64,000 nucleotides of DNA. It comes from Alphaproteobacteria bacterium (GTDB lineage: Bacteria; Pseudomonadota; Alphaproteobacteria; UBA828). The notes beneath the pieces are model-generated. The model saw only the letters and a program-made list of their open reading frames with translations, did no database searches and had not been told where the DNA came from. Each line of letters starts with the position of its first letter. Position 1 is the first letter of the stretch. Positions 42,432 through 54,169 of this stretch are shown piece after piece. The position numbers were made by a program, and so were the translations under genes. Where the stretch lies: NCBI GenBank assembly GCA_963422645.2, contig CAXXVO010000012.1, positions 192,001 to 256,000 on the forward strand, read 5' to 3'.

Positions 42432-43808
42432 ATGAACCTTCATCGAATGCTCGAGGAGCGCGCGCGGGCCGGCAAGCCGGTGCGCGTCGGACTGATCGGG
42501 GCCGGCAAGTTCGGCACCATGTTCCTGGCTCAGGCCAGGCGCACGCCCGGCCTCCACGTGATGGCGGTGGCCGACCTCGACCCCGCCCGCGCAGACGCCG
42601 CGCTCGCCCGCGCAGGCTGGTCGGAGGATGAGCGCCGCGCGCGCTCCTTCGCCCAGGCCATGCAGGGCGGCGGCACCCACGTCTGCGACGGCGCGCTCAC
42701 GCTGATCGGGGCGGAGGGCCTGGATGTCGTCATCGATGCGACCGGGCACCCGGCGGCGGGCATTGCCCATGCGCGCGCCTGCTTCGCCGCAGGACGCCAC
42801 GTGGTGATGGTCAACGTCGAGGCCGACGCGCTCGCCGGGCCGCTGCTCGCTAAGGAGGCGGCGGAGGCCGGCGTGGTCTACTCGCTCGCCTACGGCGACC
42901 AGCCGGCGTTGATCGCGGAGATGGTGGACTGGGCGCGGGCCTCGGGCCTCGAGGTCATCGCCGCCGGCAAGGGGACGCGCTACCAACCGGGCTTCCACCA
43001 CGTGACGCCCGACGATGTCTGGACCCACTACGGGCTCACGCCGGCGGAGGCCGAGGCCGGCGGCATGAACCCGCAGATGTTCAACTCATTCCTCGACGGC
43101 ACCAAGTCGGCGATCGAGATGGCCGCCGTCGCCAACGCGACCGGGCTCACGCCCGCGCCCGAGGGGCTCGGCTTCCCGCCTTGCGCGACCGACGAGCTGC
43201 CCTCCCTGCTCAGGCCGCGCGATGAGGGCGGCACATTGCACCACAAGGGCCAGGTCGAGGTGATCGCGAGCGAGAGGCGCGACGGCAGCGGGATCGACGC
43301 GCACCTGCGCTGGGGAGTCTATGCGGTGTTCGAGGCCGGCACGGACTATGTCGCAAACTGCTTCCGCGAATACGGGCTCTGCACCGATTCCACCGGGCGT
43401 TACGCCTCGATGTACAAGCCCTATCACCTGATCGGGCTGGAGCTCGGCATCTCGGTGGCCTCCGCCGCCCTGCGCGGCGAGCCCACCGGCGCGCCGACCG
43501 GGTTCCGCGCCGACGCGGTGGCCTGCACCAAGGCGCATCTGCAGGCCGGCACGCGGCTCGACGGGGAAGGGGGCTACACCGTCTACGGCCGGCTGATGCC
43601 GGCGGCCGCGAGCCTCGCCGGCGGCCACCTGCCCATCGGTCTCGCCCACGGCGTCAGGTTGACCCGCGCGGTCGAGCCCGACACGCCGCTCACCTGGGCC
43701 GATGTGAGCGCCGACGAGGACGATGCGGCGGCAGAGGCGGTGCGCACCCGGCGTGCGATGGAAGCGGCGTTCGCGCCGGATGGGCCCGGCGCGGCGGCGA
43801 GCGCCTGA
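42432..43808 (+). CDS. NAD(P)-dependent oxidoreductase with C-terminal SAF domain (homoserine dehydrogenase-like)
   Basis: GAGKFG, NVEAD, GDQP, SFLDGTK and LDGEGGY. Confidence 0.85.
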   Translation: MNLHRMLEERARAGKPVRVGLIGAGKFGTMFLAQARRTPGLHVMAVADLDPARADAALARAGWSEDERRARSFAQAMQGGGTHVCDGALTLIGAEGLDVVIDATGHPAAGIAHARACFAAGRHVVMVNVEADALAGPLLAKEAAEAGVVYSLAYGDQPALIAEMVDWARASGLEVIAAGKGTRYQPGFHHVTPDDVWTHYGLTPAEAEAGGMNPQMFNSFLDGTKSAIEMAAVANATGLTPAPEGLGFPPCATDELPSLLRPRDEGGTLHHKGQVEVIASERRDGSGIDAHLRWGVYAVFEAGTDYVANCFREYGLCTDSTGRYASMYKPYHLIGLELGISVASAALRGEPTGAPTGFRADAVACTKAHLQAGTRLDGEGGYTVYGRLMPAAASLAGGHLPIGLAHGVRLTRAVEPDTPLTWADVSADEDDAAAEAVRTRRAMEAAFAPDGPGAAASA

Positions 43809-43819
43809 GGGAGGAGAGC

Positions 43820-44644
43820 GTGCCCAGGCACCTTTCCGCCGAGGCCGTCGCCCAGTACGAGCGCGACGGCTTCTATTTCCCGATCCGGGTCATCCCGGCG
43901 GCGGAGGCGCGCGCGATTCGGAGCGATGTCGAGGCCGCCGAGCGTCACCTCGCGGCCCAGGGCGAGCGGTTGCGCCATCGTCCCCACCTGCTGGTGACCG
44001 CGCTCGACCGCCTGATCCGCAACGAGACGGTGCTGGATGCGGTGGAAGACCTGCTCGGTCCCAACCTGCTCTGCTGGACCTCGCTCTTCTTCACCAAGGA
44101 TGCGCACGACCCGGCCTTCGTCTCGATGCACCAGGACTCGACATACTGGGGCCTCAGCAGCCTCGAGGTGGCGACCGCCTGGATTGCGCTCTCGCCCAGC
44201 ACCGTGGAATCGGGTGCCATGCAGTTCGCGCCCGGCACCCACAAGCTCGACCAGATCGCCCACCGCGATACCTTCCAGGAGCACAACATGCTCACGCGCG
44301 GCCAGATCGTGGAGCACGAGGTGGACGAAGACGAGGCCGTCGATGTCGTGCTGCAGCCGGGCGAAGCCTCGCTGCACCACGTGCGCCTGATCCACGGCTC
44401 CGGCCCCAACAACTCCGACGACCGGCGCATCGGCTTCGCCATCCGCTACATCCCCACGCATGTGAGGAACGTGGTCGGGCGCGACTTTGCGGCGCTGGTG
44501 CGGGGCGTCGACGAGTACGGGTATTTTGATGCCGAGCGCCGGCCCGAGCGCGACCTGGAGCCCGAGGCGCTGGCGGCCTATGAGGCCGCGAACGCGAGCC
44601 ACAACGCCGTGCTCTACGCGGGCGCGGCACAGATGCGGGGCTGA
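43820..44644 (+). CDS. Phytanoyl-CoA dioxygenase family Fe(II)/2OG oxygenase
   Basis: HQD...H(GS) facial triad and a conserved Arg. Confidence 0.9.
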   Translation: MPRHLSAEAVAQYERDGFYFPIRVIPAAEARAIRSDVEAAERHLAAQGERLRHRPHLLVTALDRLIRNETVLDAVEDLLGPNLLCWTSLFFTKDAHDPAFVSMHQDSTYWGLSSLEVATAWIALSPSTVESGAMQFAPGTHKLDQIAHRDTFQEHNMLTRGQIVEHEVDEDEAVDVVLQPGEASLHHVRLIHGSGPNNSDDRRIGFAIRYIPTHVRNVVGRDFAALVRGVDEYGYFDAERRPERDLEPEALAAYEAANASHNAVLYAGAAQMRG

Positions 44645-44902
44645 TCTGCGGCCCGCTTCGGCCCCTTCTCCTCCGCGTACCGTGGCGCGATGCACAGCAC
44701 GCGGTGACCCCAGATTGAGGGGGACGAGCGTCGGCGTCGCGGCTGCCGGCTTGCCCGGGGCATCCCACTCGTCCCGCTCAATCCCGGCGAATCCCGCCAA
44801 AAAATTTCTCCGGGCGGACTTGCCAGGGAGCGACGATGGATGGCGAAGCCGCGCCGCATTGCGCTTTGCCGCCGCCCTTGGCCGGAGGGAGACCGTAGAG
44901 CG

Positions 44903-46936
44903 ATGAAGGGCCGCTCTCTGCTCTGGACGCCCCTTCGCCTCGGCCGAATCGAGCTTCGCAACCGCTTCGTGCTGCTGGCCCACTGGAACGGGCTCGACGC
45001 GCCGGACGGGACGCCGACGGAGGACCTCGCCGCCTACTACGAAGCGCGGGCCAGGGGCGGAGTCGGGCTCATCGTGACCGGCAGCCACGCCATGCATCCC
45101 TCCGGCCAGATGAGCCCGAATTACGGCCGGGCGTGGGATCGAGACGCTATTCCCGCATACCGGCGGATCGTCGATGCGGTGCATCCCCATGGCGCGCACG
45201 TCTTCGCCCAGCTCAGCCATGCCGGGCACACCAGCCTCGAACACCCGCCGAAGGAGCTCTGGGCGCCCACCCAGATGCCCGAGCCCTATTCGCGCTACAA
45301 CACGGTCGAGATGGGGCCGGCGGAGATCGAGGCGGTGATCGAGGGCTTCGCGGCGTCGGCGGTCAACATGCGCGACGCCGGTTACGACGGGGTCGAGATC
45401 AAGCTCGGCCACGACGGGCTGCTGCGCAGCTTCGTCTCGCCCTTCTTCAACCGCAGAGAGGACGCCTACGGCGGCTCCTTCGAGAAGCGCATGCGCCTCC
45501 CCCTCGAAGTGCTGGCGGCGGTGCGGGAGGCGGTCGGCCCCGACTGGCCCGTCTCGGTCCGCCTCTGCCTGCACGAGTACACCCCCTTCGGCTACGACCT
45601 CGACTACGGCCTCGAGATCGGCCGCGCTCTTGCTGCAAGCGGGCACGTGGATCTCTTCTGCTCCGACGCGGGAACCTTCAGCAGCTTCTGGATGGAGATT
45701 CCGCCCTCGGCGGTGCCGCAGCTTGTCTTCAACGACCTGAACGCCGCGCTCAAGCGCGCGACTCCGATACCGGTGGTCGCCTTCGGCCGGATCAAGAACC
45801 CCGTGGACGCGGAAGGGATTCTCCAACAGGGCGATGCCGACCTCATCGGCATGGCGCGCCAGCTCATTGCGGACCCGGAGCTGCCCAACAAGGTCCGGGA
45901 TGGCCGGCTCGGCGAGGTGCGGCCCTGCATTGCCGGCAACGTCTGCCTCCATCAGATCGATCAGAGGGACCCGATCCGCTGCGCGTTGAACCCTGCGGCC
46001 GGGCAGGAACGCAGGCTGGGCGCGCTCGCGCCCGCCGCTCTGCCCCGTCACGTGGCGGTGGCCGGGGGCGGCCCGGCCGGGCTGAGCGCTGCGGTGACCT
46101 TGGCGCGGCGCGGCCATCGGGTCACCCTCTTCGAACGTGAGAACGAGCCGGGCGGCCTCATCCGGCTCGCAGCACGCCAGCCGCTGCACGCCGAGATTGG
46201 CGAATCGGTCGAGCATCTTGCCTCGGAGGCGGCGCGCGTCGGGGTCGATATCCGGCTGGGGGCGAGGGCGGGCGTGGATACGATCGAGGCGCTCGGCCCC
46301 GACGCGGTGATCGTCGCCACCGGCTCACGCCCCTACCTCCCGGGGCGCGATGCCCCTGACGGACCGAGCCCGCCCATTGCGGCGGAGGGCATGTGGGCGT
46401 CGATGGGCGGGTTCGTCCCGGGCCTCGCCGACGATCCCAGGGTGGTCTCGGTCGACGACGTGATGTCCGGACGAATCGAAGCGGGGAAGAGCGTCGTCGT
46501 CCTCGACCGCAACGCCCACTGGGAGGCGTGCGGCACCGCCGAGTTCCTGCTGGAGGCAGGCCGGCGGGTCGAGTTCGTGACGCCTCTCGGGGCGGCCGGC
46601 GTGGACCTCGAACCGGGCAACGCCCCGCTCTTCTACCAGCGCGTCCGCCCGCAGGGGCTTCGCATCACGGTGCACGCGGACATCTGCTCGATAGGGCCGG
46701 AGGGCGTGGTCGTCGTCGACGTCCACACCAACGAGGAGCGGACTCTCCGCGATGTCGATACGATCGTGCTCGCCATCGGGCGCCGATCGAACGATGCGCT
46801 CTACTGGGCGTTGCGGGAGCGGCTGCCCACCTTCCGCATCGGAGATTGCCGCGCGCCGCGCCTTCTCGATAACGCGATCCGCGACGGCGACGCCATCGGG
46901 CGCGAGCTCGATGCGCGGCTCGGCGAAGCCGGATGA
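44903..46936 (+). CDS. Old-yellow-enzyme/FadH-like flavoprotein oxidoreductase
   Basis: QLSHAG, NRREDAYGGS, Cys cluster, GGGPAG and IGDC. Confidence 0.88.
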   Translation: MKGRSLLWTPLRLGRIELRNRFVLLAHWNGLDAPDGTPTEDLAAYYEARARGGVGLIVTGSHAMHPSGQMSPNYGRAWDRDAIPAYRRIVDAVHPHGAHVFAQLSHAGHTSLEHPPKELWAPTQMPEPYSRYNTVEMGPAEIEAVIEGFAASAVNMRDAGYDGVEIKLGHDGLLRSFVSPFFNRREDAYGGSFEKRMRLPLEVLAAVREAVGPDWPVSVRLCLHEYTPFGYDLDYGLEIGRALAASGHVDLFCSDAGTFSSFWMEIPPSAVPQLVFNDLNAALKRATPIPVVAFGRIKNPVDAEGILQQGDADLIGMARQLIADPELPNKVRDGRLGEVRPCIAGNVCLHQIDQRDPIRCALNPAAGQERRLGALAPAALPRHVAVAGGGPAGLSAAVTLARRGHRVTLFERENEPGGLIRLAARQPLHAEIGESVEHLASEAARVGVDIRLGARAGVDTIEALGPDAVIVATGSRPYLPGRDAPDGPSPPIAAEGMWASMGGFVPGLADDPRVVSVDDVMSGRIEAGKSVVVLDRNAHWEACGTAEFLLEAGRRVEFVTPLGAAGVDLEPGNAPLFYQRVRPQGLRITVHADICSIGPEGVVVVDVHTNEERTLRDVDTIVLAIGRRSNDALYWALRERLPTFRIGDCRAPRLLDNAIRDGDAIGRELDARLGEAG

Positions 46937-46979
46937 CGACGACCGCGATTTGGGTGAGCGCACCCAGACGGAGGATTCC

Positions 46980-48392
46980 ATGACGGACTTGTCCCTCGCC
47001 TACACGTCAGCGACGACGCTTGCCGGACTGATCGGGGAGAAGAAGGTCTCGCCCGTCGAGGTGGTGCAGAACAGCCTCGCACGCATCGAGGAGGTGAAGG
47101 GCGCCCTCAACGCCTTCTGCTTCACCTATCCGGAAGAGGCGCTGGCTCCGGCGCGGGAGGCCGAACGGGCTGTCATGGCAGGAGAGCCGCTTGGGCCGCT
47201 GCACGGCGTGCCGATCGCCATCAAGGATCTGACGCCGACCAAGGGGAAGCGAACCACGCTCGGCTCCAAGATCTATGAGAACTGGGTGCCGGAGTTCGAC
47301 GTGCCCATCGTCGAGCGCCTGCGCGCCGCTGGCAGCATCCTGGTGGGCAAGACCGCGACGCCCGAGTTCGCCTATGCCGGCTTTTGCAAGAGCGCGCTCT
47401 GGGGCGACACCAACAATCCCTGGGATACGACGCGCTCGCCGGGGGGCTCGTCCGGCGGATCGGGGGCGGCGGTCGCGGCCGGCTGTGTGCCGCTCGCCGA
47501 GGGCACCGACGCGGGCGGCTCGGTCCGCATCCCGGCGGCCTTCTGCGGCACCGTCGGACTGAAACCGACCTTCGGGCGTATCCCGCTCCAGATGCTGCCG
47601 ACCGCGTTCGACGATCTTCTTCACTTCGGCCCGCTCGCGCGGACGGTTGCGGACGCTGCGCTCTTCCTCAGCGTCACCCAGGGTCCCGACGACCGCGATT
47701 TTCTGTCGTTGCCACAAGGCCCCGCGATCCGGGTTCCTCCGCCCTCGGATATCCGAGGCCTCAAGCTCGCGGTGAATTACGACTTCGGCTTCTACGCCAT
47801 CGACGACGACGTGCGCGCTCAGACCCGGGAGGCCGCCCGCGCGCTCGAAGACGCCGGCGCCACGGTGGAGGAGGTGGAGATCGCTTGGACCCGCGACGTC
47901 ATCGATCGCTGGGTCGAGCACTGGGGCGTGCTGCAAGCTGCGTGCTTCGGCCAGCATCTCGGGGAGTGGCGCGATCAGATGGACCCGGTGCTCGTCGCCT
48001 ACATGGACAGGGGCCTCGCCATGGGCGCGGTCGACTTCAAGACTATCGAGATCTTCCGCACGCAGATGTGGGAGGACCTGCGGCCGATCTTTGCCGCGTA
48101 CGACGCGCTGCTGACGCCCACCTGCGCGCAGCCGCCCCCGCCGAACGACACGCTCGATCCGGACTACTACCGTGTCGACGAGCAGGGGCGCTTCTGCGGG
48201 CTCTACATGACCTACCCCTTCAACTTCCTGCACCAGTGCCCGGCGCTCGCGGTGCCCTCCGGCGTCACGCAGTCGGGGCTGCCGACGAGCCTGCAGATCG
48301 TCGGCCGGCGCCACGACGACAACGGCGTGCTCAGGATCGGGGCCGCGCTCGAGGCGATCCGTCCCTGGGCCCAGCGCACGCCGCGGCTGTAG
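46980..48392 (+). CDS. Amidase-signature family amidase
   Basis: IKDL, GGSSGGS and GTDAGGSVRIPA. Confidence 0.92.
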   Translation: MTDLSLAYTSATTLAGLIGEKKVSPVEVVQNSLARIEEVKGALNAFCFTYPEEALAPAREAERAVMAGEPLGPLHGVPIAIKDLTPTKGKRTTLGSKIYENWVPEFDVPIVERLRAAGSILVGKTATPEFAYAGFCKSALWGDTNNPWDTTRSPGGSSGGSGAAVAAGCVPLAEGTDAGGSVRIPAAFCGTVGLKPTFGRIPLQMLPTAFDDLLHFGPLARTVADAALFLSVTQGPDDRDFLSLPQGPAIRVPPPSDIRGLKLAVNYDFGFYAIDDDVRAQTREAARALEDAGATVEEVEIAWTRDVIDRWVEHWGVLQAACFGQHLGEWRDQMDPVLVAYMDRGLAMGAVDFKTIEIFRTQMWEDLRPIFAAYDALLTPTCAQPPPPNDTLDPDYYRVDEQGRFCGLYMTYPFNFLHQCPALAVPSGVTQSGLPTSLQIVGRRHDDNGVLRIGAALEAIRPWAQRTPRL

Positions 48393-48487
48393 TCCTCCGG
48401 GCCTCGATGAGCGGACGCGCCCGCATTGCGCTTTGACGCAGCCTTGGGCATAAACGCGGCGCGTTCGTTGGGAGCGAGGCGACGGTC

Positions 48488-49804
48488 ATGCGGCGCTCAC
48501 GTTACTTCTTGCCGACTCTGAGAGAGAACCCGGCCGAGGCGCAGATCGTCTCGCACCGGCTGATGCTGCGCGCGGGCATGATCCGGCAATCGAGCGCCGG
48601 CATCTACAGCTGGCTGCCGCTCGGCCACCGGGTGCTGCGCAAGATCGAGCAGGTGGTGCGCGAGGAAATGGACGCCGCCGGCTGCCAGGAGATCCTGATG
48701 CCGGCGGTGCAGCCGGCCGAGCTCTGGGAGGAGAGCGGCCGCTACCACGATTACGGCAAGGAGATGCTGCGCTTCACCGACCGGCACGAGCGCCCGATGC
48801 TCTTCGGCCCCACCCATGAAGAGGTCGTGACCGATATCTTCCGGAGCTCCGTGCGCAGCTACCGCGACCTGCCGCAGAACCTCTATCAGATTCAGTGGAA
48901 GTTTCGGGACGAGCTGCGCCCGCGCTTCGGCATCATGCGGGGCCGCGAGTTCTACATGAAGGACAACTATTCCTTCGACTTGGACCATGCCGGCGCCGTG
49001 CGCTCCTACAACAAGATGTTCGTGGCCTACCTGCGCACCTTCGCCCGGCTCGGGCTCACCTCGATCCCGATGCAGGCGGAGAGCGGGGCCATCGGCGGCG
49101 ACTACAGCCACGAGTTCATCGTGTTGGCGGATACCGGCGAGAGCGCCGTCTTTTGCGATCGCGCCTGGCTCGACACCGACCCGCTCGCGCTGGGGATCGA
49201 CTACGAGGCCGAGCTTCAGCCGATCGTGGACGAGTGGACCCGGCTCTACGCCGCTACCGACGACAAGCACGACCCCGCCGCCTGCCCGGTGCCGGAGGAT
49301 GCGCTCTACCAGGGGCGGGGCATCGAGGTCGGCCACATCTTCTACTTCGGCACCAAGTACTCGAAGGCCATGGGCGCCACGGTGAACGACCCGGACGGCG
49401 CCGAGGTCGCGGTGGAGATGGGCTCCTACGGGATCGGCGTCTCGCGCCTTGCGGGCGCGATCATCGAGGCGAGCCACGACGAGGCCGGTATCATCTGGCC
49501 CGAGGTCGCGGCCCCCTTCAAGGTGGGCCTGATCAACCTGCGCGTGGGCGATGCGGGATGCGACGAGGCCTGCGAAGCGCTCTACAGGCAGCTCGTCGAG
49601 GCGGGAGTCGAGGTGCTCTACGACGACCGGGACGAGCGCGCGGGCGTCAAGTTCGCCGAGATGGAGCTGATCGGGCTGCCCTGGCAGGTCGCGATCGGCC
49701 CGCGCGGCGTCAAGTCGGGCACGGCGGAGTTGAAGGCGCGGGCCGGCGGCGAGGCCGAGGCGCTCTCGTTCGAGTCGGTGTCGGCACGCCTGATAGAAGG
49801 CTAG
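48488..49804 (+). CDS. proS: Proline--tRNA ligase (short alphaproteobacterial type)
   Basis: [16 protein letters not shown] and GIEVGHIF. Confidence 0.96.
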   Translation: MRRSRYFLPTLRENPAEAQIVSHRLMLRAGMIRQSSAGIYSWLPLGHRVLRKIEQVVREEMDAAGCQEILMPAVQPAELWEESGRYHDYGKEMLRFTDRHERPMLFGPTHEEVVTDIFRSSVRSYRDLPQNLYQIQWKFRDELRPRFGIMRGREFYMKDNYSFDLDHAGAVRSYNKMFVAYLRTFARLGLTSIPMQAESGAIGGDYSHEFIVLADTGESAVFCDRAWLDTDPLALGIDYEAELQPIVDEWTRLYAATDDKHDPAACPVPEDALYQGRGIEVGHIFYFGTKYSKAMGATVNDPDGAEVAVEMGSYGIGVSRLAGAIIEASHDEAGIIWPEVAAPFKVGLINLRVGDAGCDEACEALYRQLVEAGVEVLYDDRDERAGVKFAEMELIGLPWQVAIGPRGVKSGTAELKARAGGEAEALSFESVSARLIEG

Positions 49805-49816
49805 CGACCGACACGC

Positions 49817-51053
49817 ATGTTCTCAGCCTTCGAACGCCTCGTCGCGTTTCGCTACCTGCGCGCCCGCCGGCAGGAAGGTCTCGTCTCGGTCATCGCGGCG
49901 TTCTCGCTGATCGGCATATTCCTGGGCGTCGCCACGCTCATCATCGTCATGTCGGTGATGAACGGCTTTCGCGAGGAGCTGCTGACCCGGATTCTCGGTC
50001 TTAACGGCCACATGACGACCTATGCCTTCGAGGACGGCTTCACCGACTTCGATGCGCTCGCGGGACGCATCCAAGGGGTGGATGGCATCGTCACCGTCTC
50101 GCCCATCGTCACCGGGCAGGTGATCGCAGCGGCGAACGGCAGGGCCACCTTCGGCCAGGTGCGGGGCGTGCGCGAGGCCCACCTGGAGGCGCGGCCCTTG
50201 CTGATGGAGAACGTGGTCGGGGGCACGCTCGACGATTTTGCCGCCGGGGAAGGCGTCGTGATCGGCAACCGCATGGCCCGCAAGCTCGGCGTCAGCGTCG
50301 GCGATTCGATCACGCTGCTCTCGCCGGAAGGCCGGACCACCCTGATGGGGTCGGTGCCGCGCTCGCGCGCTTACGCCGTGGCGGCGACCTTCGACATCGG
50401 CATGTTCGAGTACGACTCCACCTTCGTCTTCATGCCGCTCGACCTGGCTCAGATCTATTTCAGGAAGAAGGGCGCGGTCACCGCCATTGAAATGACAGTC
50501 GCAGACCCCGAGCGCATACGTGAGGTCGAGTCCGCGGTCAAGCAGGTCGTGGGCAGCCAGGGCTGGATCGTGGACTGGCGGCGAGCCAACGCGCAGTTCG
50601 TCAACGCGCTCCAGGTCGAGCGCAACGTCATGTTCGTGATCCTGACCCTGATCGTGCTGGTGGCCGCCTTCAACATCATCGCCGGGCTGATCATGGTGGT
50701 GAAGGACAAGGGCCGCGACATCGCGATCCTGCGAACCATGGGGGCGACGCGCGGGCAGATTCTGCGCATCTTCTTCATGAACGGCGCGGCGATCGGGGTG
50801 GCGGGCACCGTGCTGGGCGTGGGCGGCGGCATCGCCTTCGCCGCCAACATCGATACCATCCGCGTCTGGCTGGAGGGCTTGACCGACACGGCGCTGTTCC
50901 CGGCCGAGATTAGATTCCTCTCCCAGCTCCCGTCGCGGACCGATCCGACCGAGGTGGTGATCGTGGCGGCGATGGCAATCGGCCTCTCGTTCCTGGCGAC
51001 GATCTATCCCGCGTGGCGGGCGGCGCGGCTCGATCCGGTGGAGGCGCTCCGCT

Positions 51054-51061
<8 letters not shown>
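49817..51061 (+). CDS. lolC: Lipoprotein-releasing ABC permease LolC/E
   Basis: SVMNGF, IAILRTMGA and PVEALRYE. Confidence 0.9.
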
Positions 51062-51752
<691 letters not shown>

Positions 51753-51756
51753 ACCG

Positions 51757-52482
51757 ATGACCTCAGATCCAAGTACCGCGCCCGTGCTGCTCGTGACCCA
51801 CGTCACGGCCTTCGACGTCGGTGCGATCCCGGACCTGCTCGCCGACCGCGGGCAGCCGTCGCGGGTCATGCGGGCCAACAAGGGCGAACCCTTTCCGCAG
51901 GATGTCGAATCGCTTGGCGGCTTGGTCAGCTTCGGGGGACCGCAGAGCGCGAACGACGATCACATCGACTACGTGCGCGCCGAGCTCAATTGGATGCCGC
52001 GCGTGATGGCGGCCGGTGTGCCCCTGCTCGGCATCTGCCTCGGGGGCCAGATGGTGGCGCGTACCCTGGGTGCCGCGGTGGGGCCAGACCCGAACGGGCT
52101 CTACGAGTTCGGTTACTACCCGATCGAGCCGGTGGACGGTGCGGCCGAAGAGCTGGCCCTCGACGGGACGCTCAACGTGGCGCACCGCCATGGCGAGGCG
52201 TTCACGATCCCCGCCGGCGCGCGCAGGCTCGCGCGGCGCGACTTGTTCGAGAACCAGGCATTTCGCTACGGGGCGACGACCTGGGGCGTGCAGTTCCATC
52301 CCGAGGTCAACGACACGGTGCTGGGGCGCTGGCTCGACTGCGATCCGCCGCCAGAAGACCTGGAACGCAGCGGCGCGCAGACGGTGGCGGTGCAGCACGC
52401 CAATCACGCGCGCCATCACCGGGCGATGCACGACTGGCTCGGGCGCTTCCTCGCGCTTTGGCTCGCCAGTGCGGAGCGCTGA
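51757..52482 (+). CDS. Class I glutamine amidotransferase-like protein
   Basis: GGP, GICLG and QFHPE triad. Confidence 0.85.
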   Translation: MTSDPSTAPVLLVTHVTAFDVGAIPDLLADRGQPSRVMRANKGEPFPQDVESLGGLVSFGGPQSANDDHIDYVRAELNWMPRVMAAGVPLLGICLGGQMVARTLGAAVGPDPNGLYEFGYYPIEPVDGAAEELALDGTLNVAHRHGEAFTIPAGARRLARRDLFENQAFRYGATTWGVQFHPEVNDTVLGRWLDCDPPPEDLERSGAQTVAVQHANHARHHRAMHDWLGRFLALWLASAER

Positions 52483-52483
52483 C

Positions 52484-53077
52484 ATGGTCAAGAGCCTGAT
52501 CGTCGGCGTGACCGGCGCGAGCGGCGCCGTCTACGGCGTGCGCCTGCTCGAGGTGCTGCGCGAGACACCGGTCGAGACCCACCTCGTGGTCAGCAAATGG
52601 GGGCAGAGAACGCTGGAGCACGAGACCGGCCGAAGGCTCGAGGACCTGCGCGCGCTCGCGGATCACCACTACGGCGCGGGCGACATGGCTGCCCTGATGT
52701 CGTCGGGCTCGGCGGCCATCGACGGCATGGTGATCGCGCCCTGCTCGGCAAGGAGCCTCGCGGCGATCGCCTGCGGGCTGAGCGAGAATCTGATTCATCG
52801 GGCCGCCGACGTCATAATCAAGGAGCGCCGGCCGCTTGTGCTCATGGTGCGGGAGACACCGCTCAGCGCCATCCACCTGGAGAACATGCTCAAGCTGGCG
52901 CGGCTCGGGGTGACGATCCAGCCCCCCGTTCCCGCCTTCTACAACGAGCCGGGATCGATCGACGAGATCGTCGACTATACTGTCGCCAGGGCGTTGGATC
53001 AGTTCGGGCTCAAGCTCGATCTGGGCGAGCGCTGGCGTGGCGAGCTTGCGCGCAGCGTCGTTTCGTCCGAGGGCTGA
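52484..53077 (+). CDS. ubiX: Flavin prenyltransferase
   Basis: TGASG, APCS, KERR, RETP and PAFY. Confidence 0.93.
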   Translation: MVKSLIVGVTGASGAVYGVRLLEVLRETPVETHLVVSKWGQRTLEHETGRRLEDLRALADHHYGAGDMAALMSSGSAAIDGMVIAPCSARSLAAIACGLSENLIHRAADVIIKERRPLVLMVRETPLSAIHLENMLKLARLGVTIQPPVPAFYNEPGSIDEIVDYTVARALDQFGLKLDLGERWRGELARSVVSSEG

Positions 53078-53111
53078 TGCAGGTTGGGGCCGGCTTGGCC
53101 GGGCCTCGAGA

Positions 53112-53780
53112 TCAGAACGTGTGGGCTGCCGCGATTGCGATGGCCCGTTCGATATCGGCGATGGCGCCGGCCATCTCGCGCCCGATCAGGTCCATCTTGC
53201 GGACTTGCTCGATGCGGGGCTCGACCCGGTCGATCTCCCGCTTCGAGTAGATCGTCCGCAGGATGTTGCAGCTATCGACGAGACAGATCAGGGCGACATC
53301 ACGCGGGTCGGGAATCTCGTCCGAGAACAGCACGTCCGAGATTCGTTTCTTCGCCTCCTGCTCAATCTTGCCGTCGAAGGTCGGATAGCGGCGGGAGCGA
53401 AACACCCAAAGAAACTTTTCTTTCTGGCGCTGCAAGACACCGCGTTCCACCAGCTTTTCGAGCGCGGTCGCCCGAATTGTCACGTCGTGGCTGGCGGATG
53501 CCTCCTCGGCGGAGAGAGTCTCGATCCAGGCCCTGCTGTCGGCGACGCCTTTCTCGCCCGCGATCCGGGCCAGGGTGCGGTCGAGCAGGGAATCGCCCGT
53601 CGGGTCGGAATTGATGACCACCAGCTGCTCGGGGTCGGTATCGATCCGGTTCGCGAACGCCAGGTCCATGAGGACCGCACCCGTGAGCGCGCGGTTGAGC
53701 GTGTGCTCGCTCACCGGCAGGAAGGTGCCGTTCTCGTCATGGAGAAGGAGCACCATGATTTCTTCGTAGAATGTCAGCAT
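53112..53780 (-). CDS. GPP34/GOLPH3 family protein
   Basis: LT..EE..LLL, GA.L.DL, TGD.LLD and L..RG.L...R.YP pattern. Confidence 0.75.
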   Translation of the reverse strand: MLTFYEEIMVLLLHDENGTFLPVSEHTLNRALTGAVLMDLAFANRIDTDPEQLVVINSDPTGDSLLDRTLARIAGEKGVADSRAWIETLSAEEASASHDVTIRATALEKLVERGVLQRQKEKFLWVFRSRRYPTFDGKIEQEAKKRISDVLFSDEIPDPRDVALICLVDSCNILRTIYSKREIDRVEPRIEQVRKMDLIGREMAGAIADIERAIAIAAAHTF

Positions 53781-53833
53781 GAAACCGTTTCCCGAGGGTC
53801 AGGGTGAGGGCCGGCGGCTCGGGGAGCCGCGCC

Positions 53834-54169
53834 TCAAGCGACCGCGGCGAGCGCAGCCTCGTTCGTTTCGTGGCACTCGATGATCGCGAGAAATCCGCTC
53901 ATCTCCATGACCGCCCGACACTCGGGCTGCAGGGCCGCCATAGCCAGCTTCCCGCCACCTTGCTGACACTTACGGGCGCTGATGAGCAGGACACGCAGGC
54001 CGGCACTGCTGACGTAGCCCATCTGGCTGCACTCCAGCACCAGTCGCACGTCGCCACGTTCCACGATTGCGGCGACTTTCGCCTCCAGGTCCGGCGCAGT
54101 CATCCCGTCCAACCGGCCGTTGAGGGAGACGACGACCGCCGTTCCCTCTGTCCGTTCCTCGATTTCCAT
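53834..54169 (-). CDS. STAS domain anti-sigma factor antagonist
   Basis: GRLD and YVSSAGLR phosphoserine motif. Confidence 0.9.
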   Translation of the reverse strand: MEIEERTEGTAVVVSLNGRLDGMTAPDLEAKVAAIVERGDVRLVLECSQMGYVSSAGLRVLLISARKCQQGGGKLAMAALQPECRAVMEMSGFLAIIECHETNEAALAAVA

